Shown piece by piece: positions 63,501-64,000 of a stretch of DNA of 64,000 nt. Location of the stretch: NCBI RefSeq assembly GCF_029227915.1, contig NC_079887.1, positions 16,160,214-16,224,213 of the forward strand, in the 5' to 3' direction. The first letter of the stretch is position 1; each line of letters begins with the position of its first letter. The notes beneath the pieces are model-generated. The model worked only from the letters and a program-made list of their open reading frames with translations, did no database searches and was not told the DNA's origin. The position numbers were made by a program, and so were the translations under genes. This DNA is from Hydractinia symbiolongicarpus. Taxonomy: Eukaryota.

Positions 63501-63622
63501 TACAAATTTAATTGGTGTAACATCATTTCAAATTTCAAAATTCATCTCACGATAAAAATTGTTTCGATTTGTATCAAAAATGAAACGATCTTGGAGATGA
63601 TTTGTTAAGAAGTTTGATCCCT
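60543..63622. mobile_element. ~3.1-kb Tc1/mariner-superfamily DNA transposon, the parent family of the ATCGTTTCA MITEs. TIRs GGGATCCTCTCCACGATCGTTTCA (60543-) and TGAAACGATCTTGGAGATGA...GATCCCT (-63622). Subterminal ATCGTTTCA repeats at 60560-60860 and 63100-63600. A decayed transposase lies on the minus strand.
   Basis: The TIRs are reverse complements and match the MITE termini at 880/1041/2629/3369. A TA flanks the right end. Confidence 0.6.
61243..62460 (-). pseudogene. Degenerate Tc1/mariner-like DDE transposase (HTH region, D..D core remnants, C-terminal W-P...E region); frameshifted with stops
   Basis: Minus-strand pieces: ...GCRNDAMYTNGVTLKDIVRHIKNTIGIDISKDTVRRLM (HTH); ...NPHNVILIAICGPGWSV (like HGGGSVMVWG); ...IVQCYSPWHSRCNPIERSWSYLTKQ and ...FWPNKYYAGFQITAESVLSSD...LLKTFVDASAKNIRE (like Q(Q)DNAPCHT...WP.QSPDLNPIE...LV.SMP.R). 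Not contiguous in one frame. Confidence 0.5.
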
Positions 63623-64000
63623 TAAAAAGTTTGTATAAACTTTGTTTATAATCTTTATTTGAAATAAAAGCACTTGGTATGACATTTGTTTAAAGAAACA
63701 ATTAGTTCTTAGCATTCTCATAATAATACAAAAAAACGTCTTCTTAACGTGTTCTTAGCATATCTTTACAGGTTTCAACTAAGTTGCTTAATAAGTACAT
63801 TACAGCTAAATGTAATTTTACATGTACTATTGTGTACATGTAAAATTATTATCACATTTGCACAAGCTTTCGGTAGCAACAGAATTTTTGTTGCCATTGT
63901 TAACCTATTGTTAAATACATGAGCTATTTTTGGATGTTGAAAACAATAGAGTTTATGTCTTGCACAAGAACTTTAACTAGCTTATGTAAACTTCATGGAA

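Overview
This is AT-rich eukaryotic (invertebrate-metazoan-like) nuclear DNA with spliceosomal GT-AG introns, not a prokaryotic locus. I found no CRISPR array, operon or defence system. Four protein-coding genes are recognisable by unambiguous homology. (1) An intronless Fuzzy/FUZ planar-cell-polarity homologue (+, 9652-10905) is followed immediately by a ~290-bp pure (TA)n tract. (2) A multi-exon gene (+, ~14250-27071) encodes an F-box followed by leucine-rich repeats and an acidic tail, and appears to be spliced in frame to upstream RRM exons. (3) Major vault protein MVP (+, 30619-35323) is resolved as 11 exons. (4) Glycogen debranching enzyme AGL (-, 36790 to >55969) is resolved as at least 23 exons, with the first coding exon unresolved. 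MVP and AGL are convergent. The rest is dominated by mobile-element debris, most of it sitting in introns or flanks: a LINE RT fragment; a Tc1/mariner-like family with ATCGTTTCA subterminal repeats (one decayed ~3-kb copy plus MITE derivatives); a Crypton-like tyrosine-recombinase remnant apparently split by a tRNA-derived SINE; a decayed Helitron Rep fragment inside an AGL intron; several foldback/TIR MITEs; and minisatellites. A ~230-bp repeat occurs as an inverted pair at both ends of the window, bracketing the whole gene cluster. Exon coordinates were derived by hand against human MVP/AGL/FUZ and should be read as accurate to about ±3 bp.
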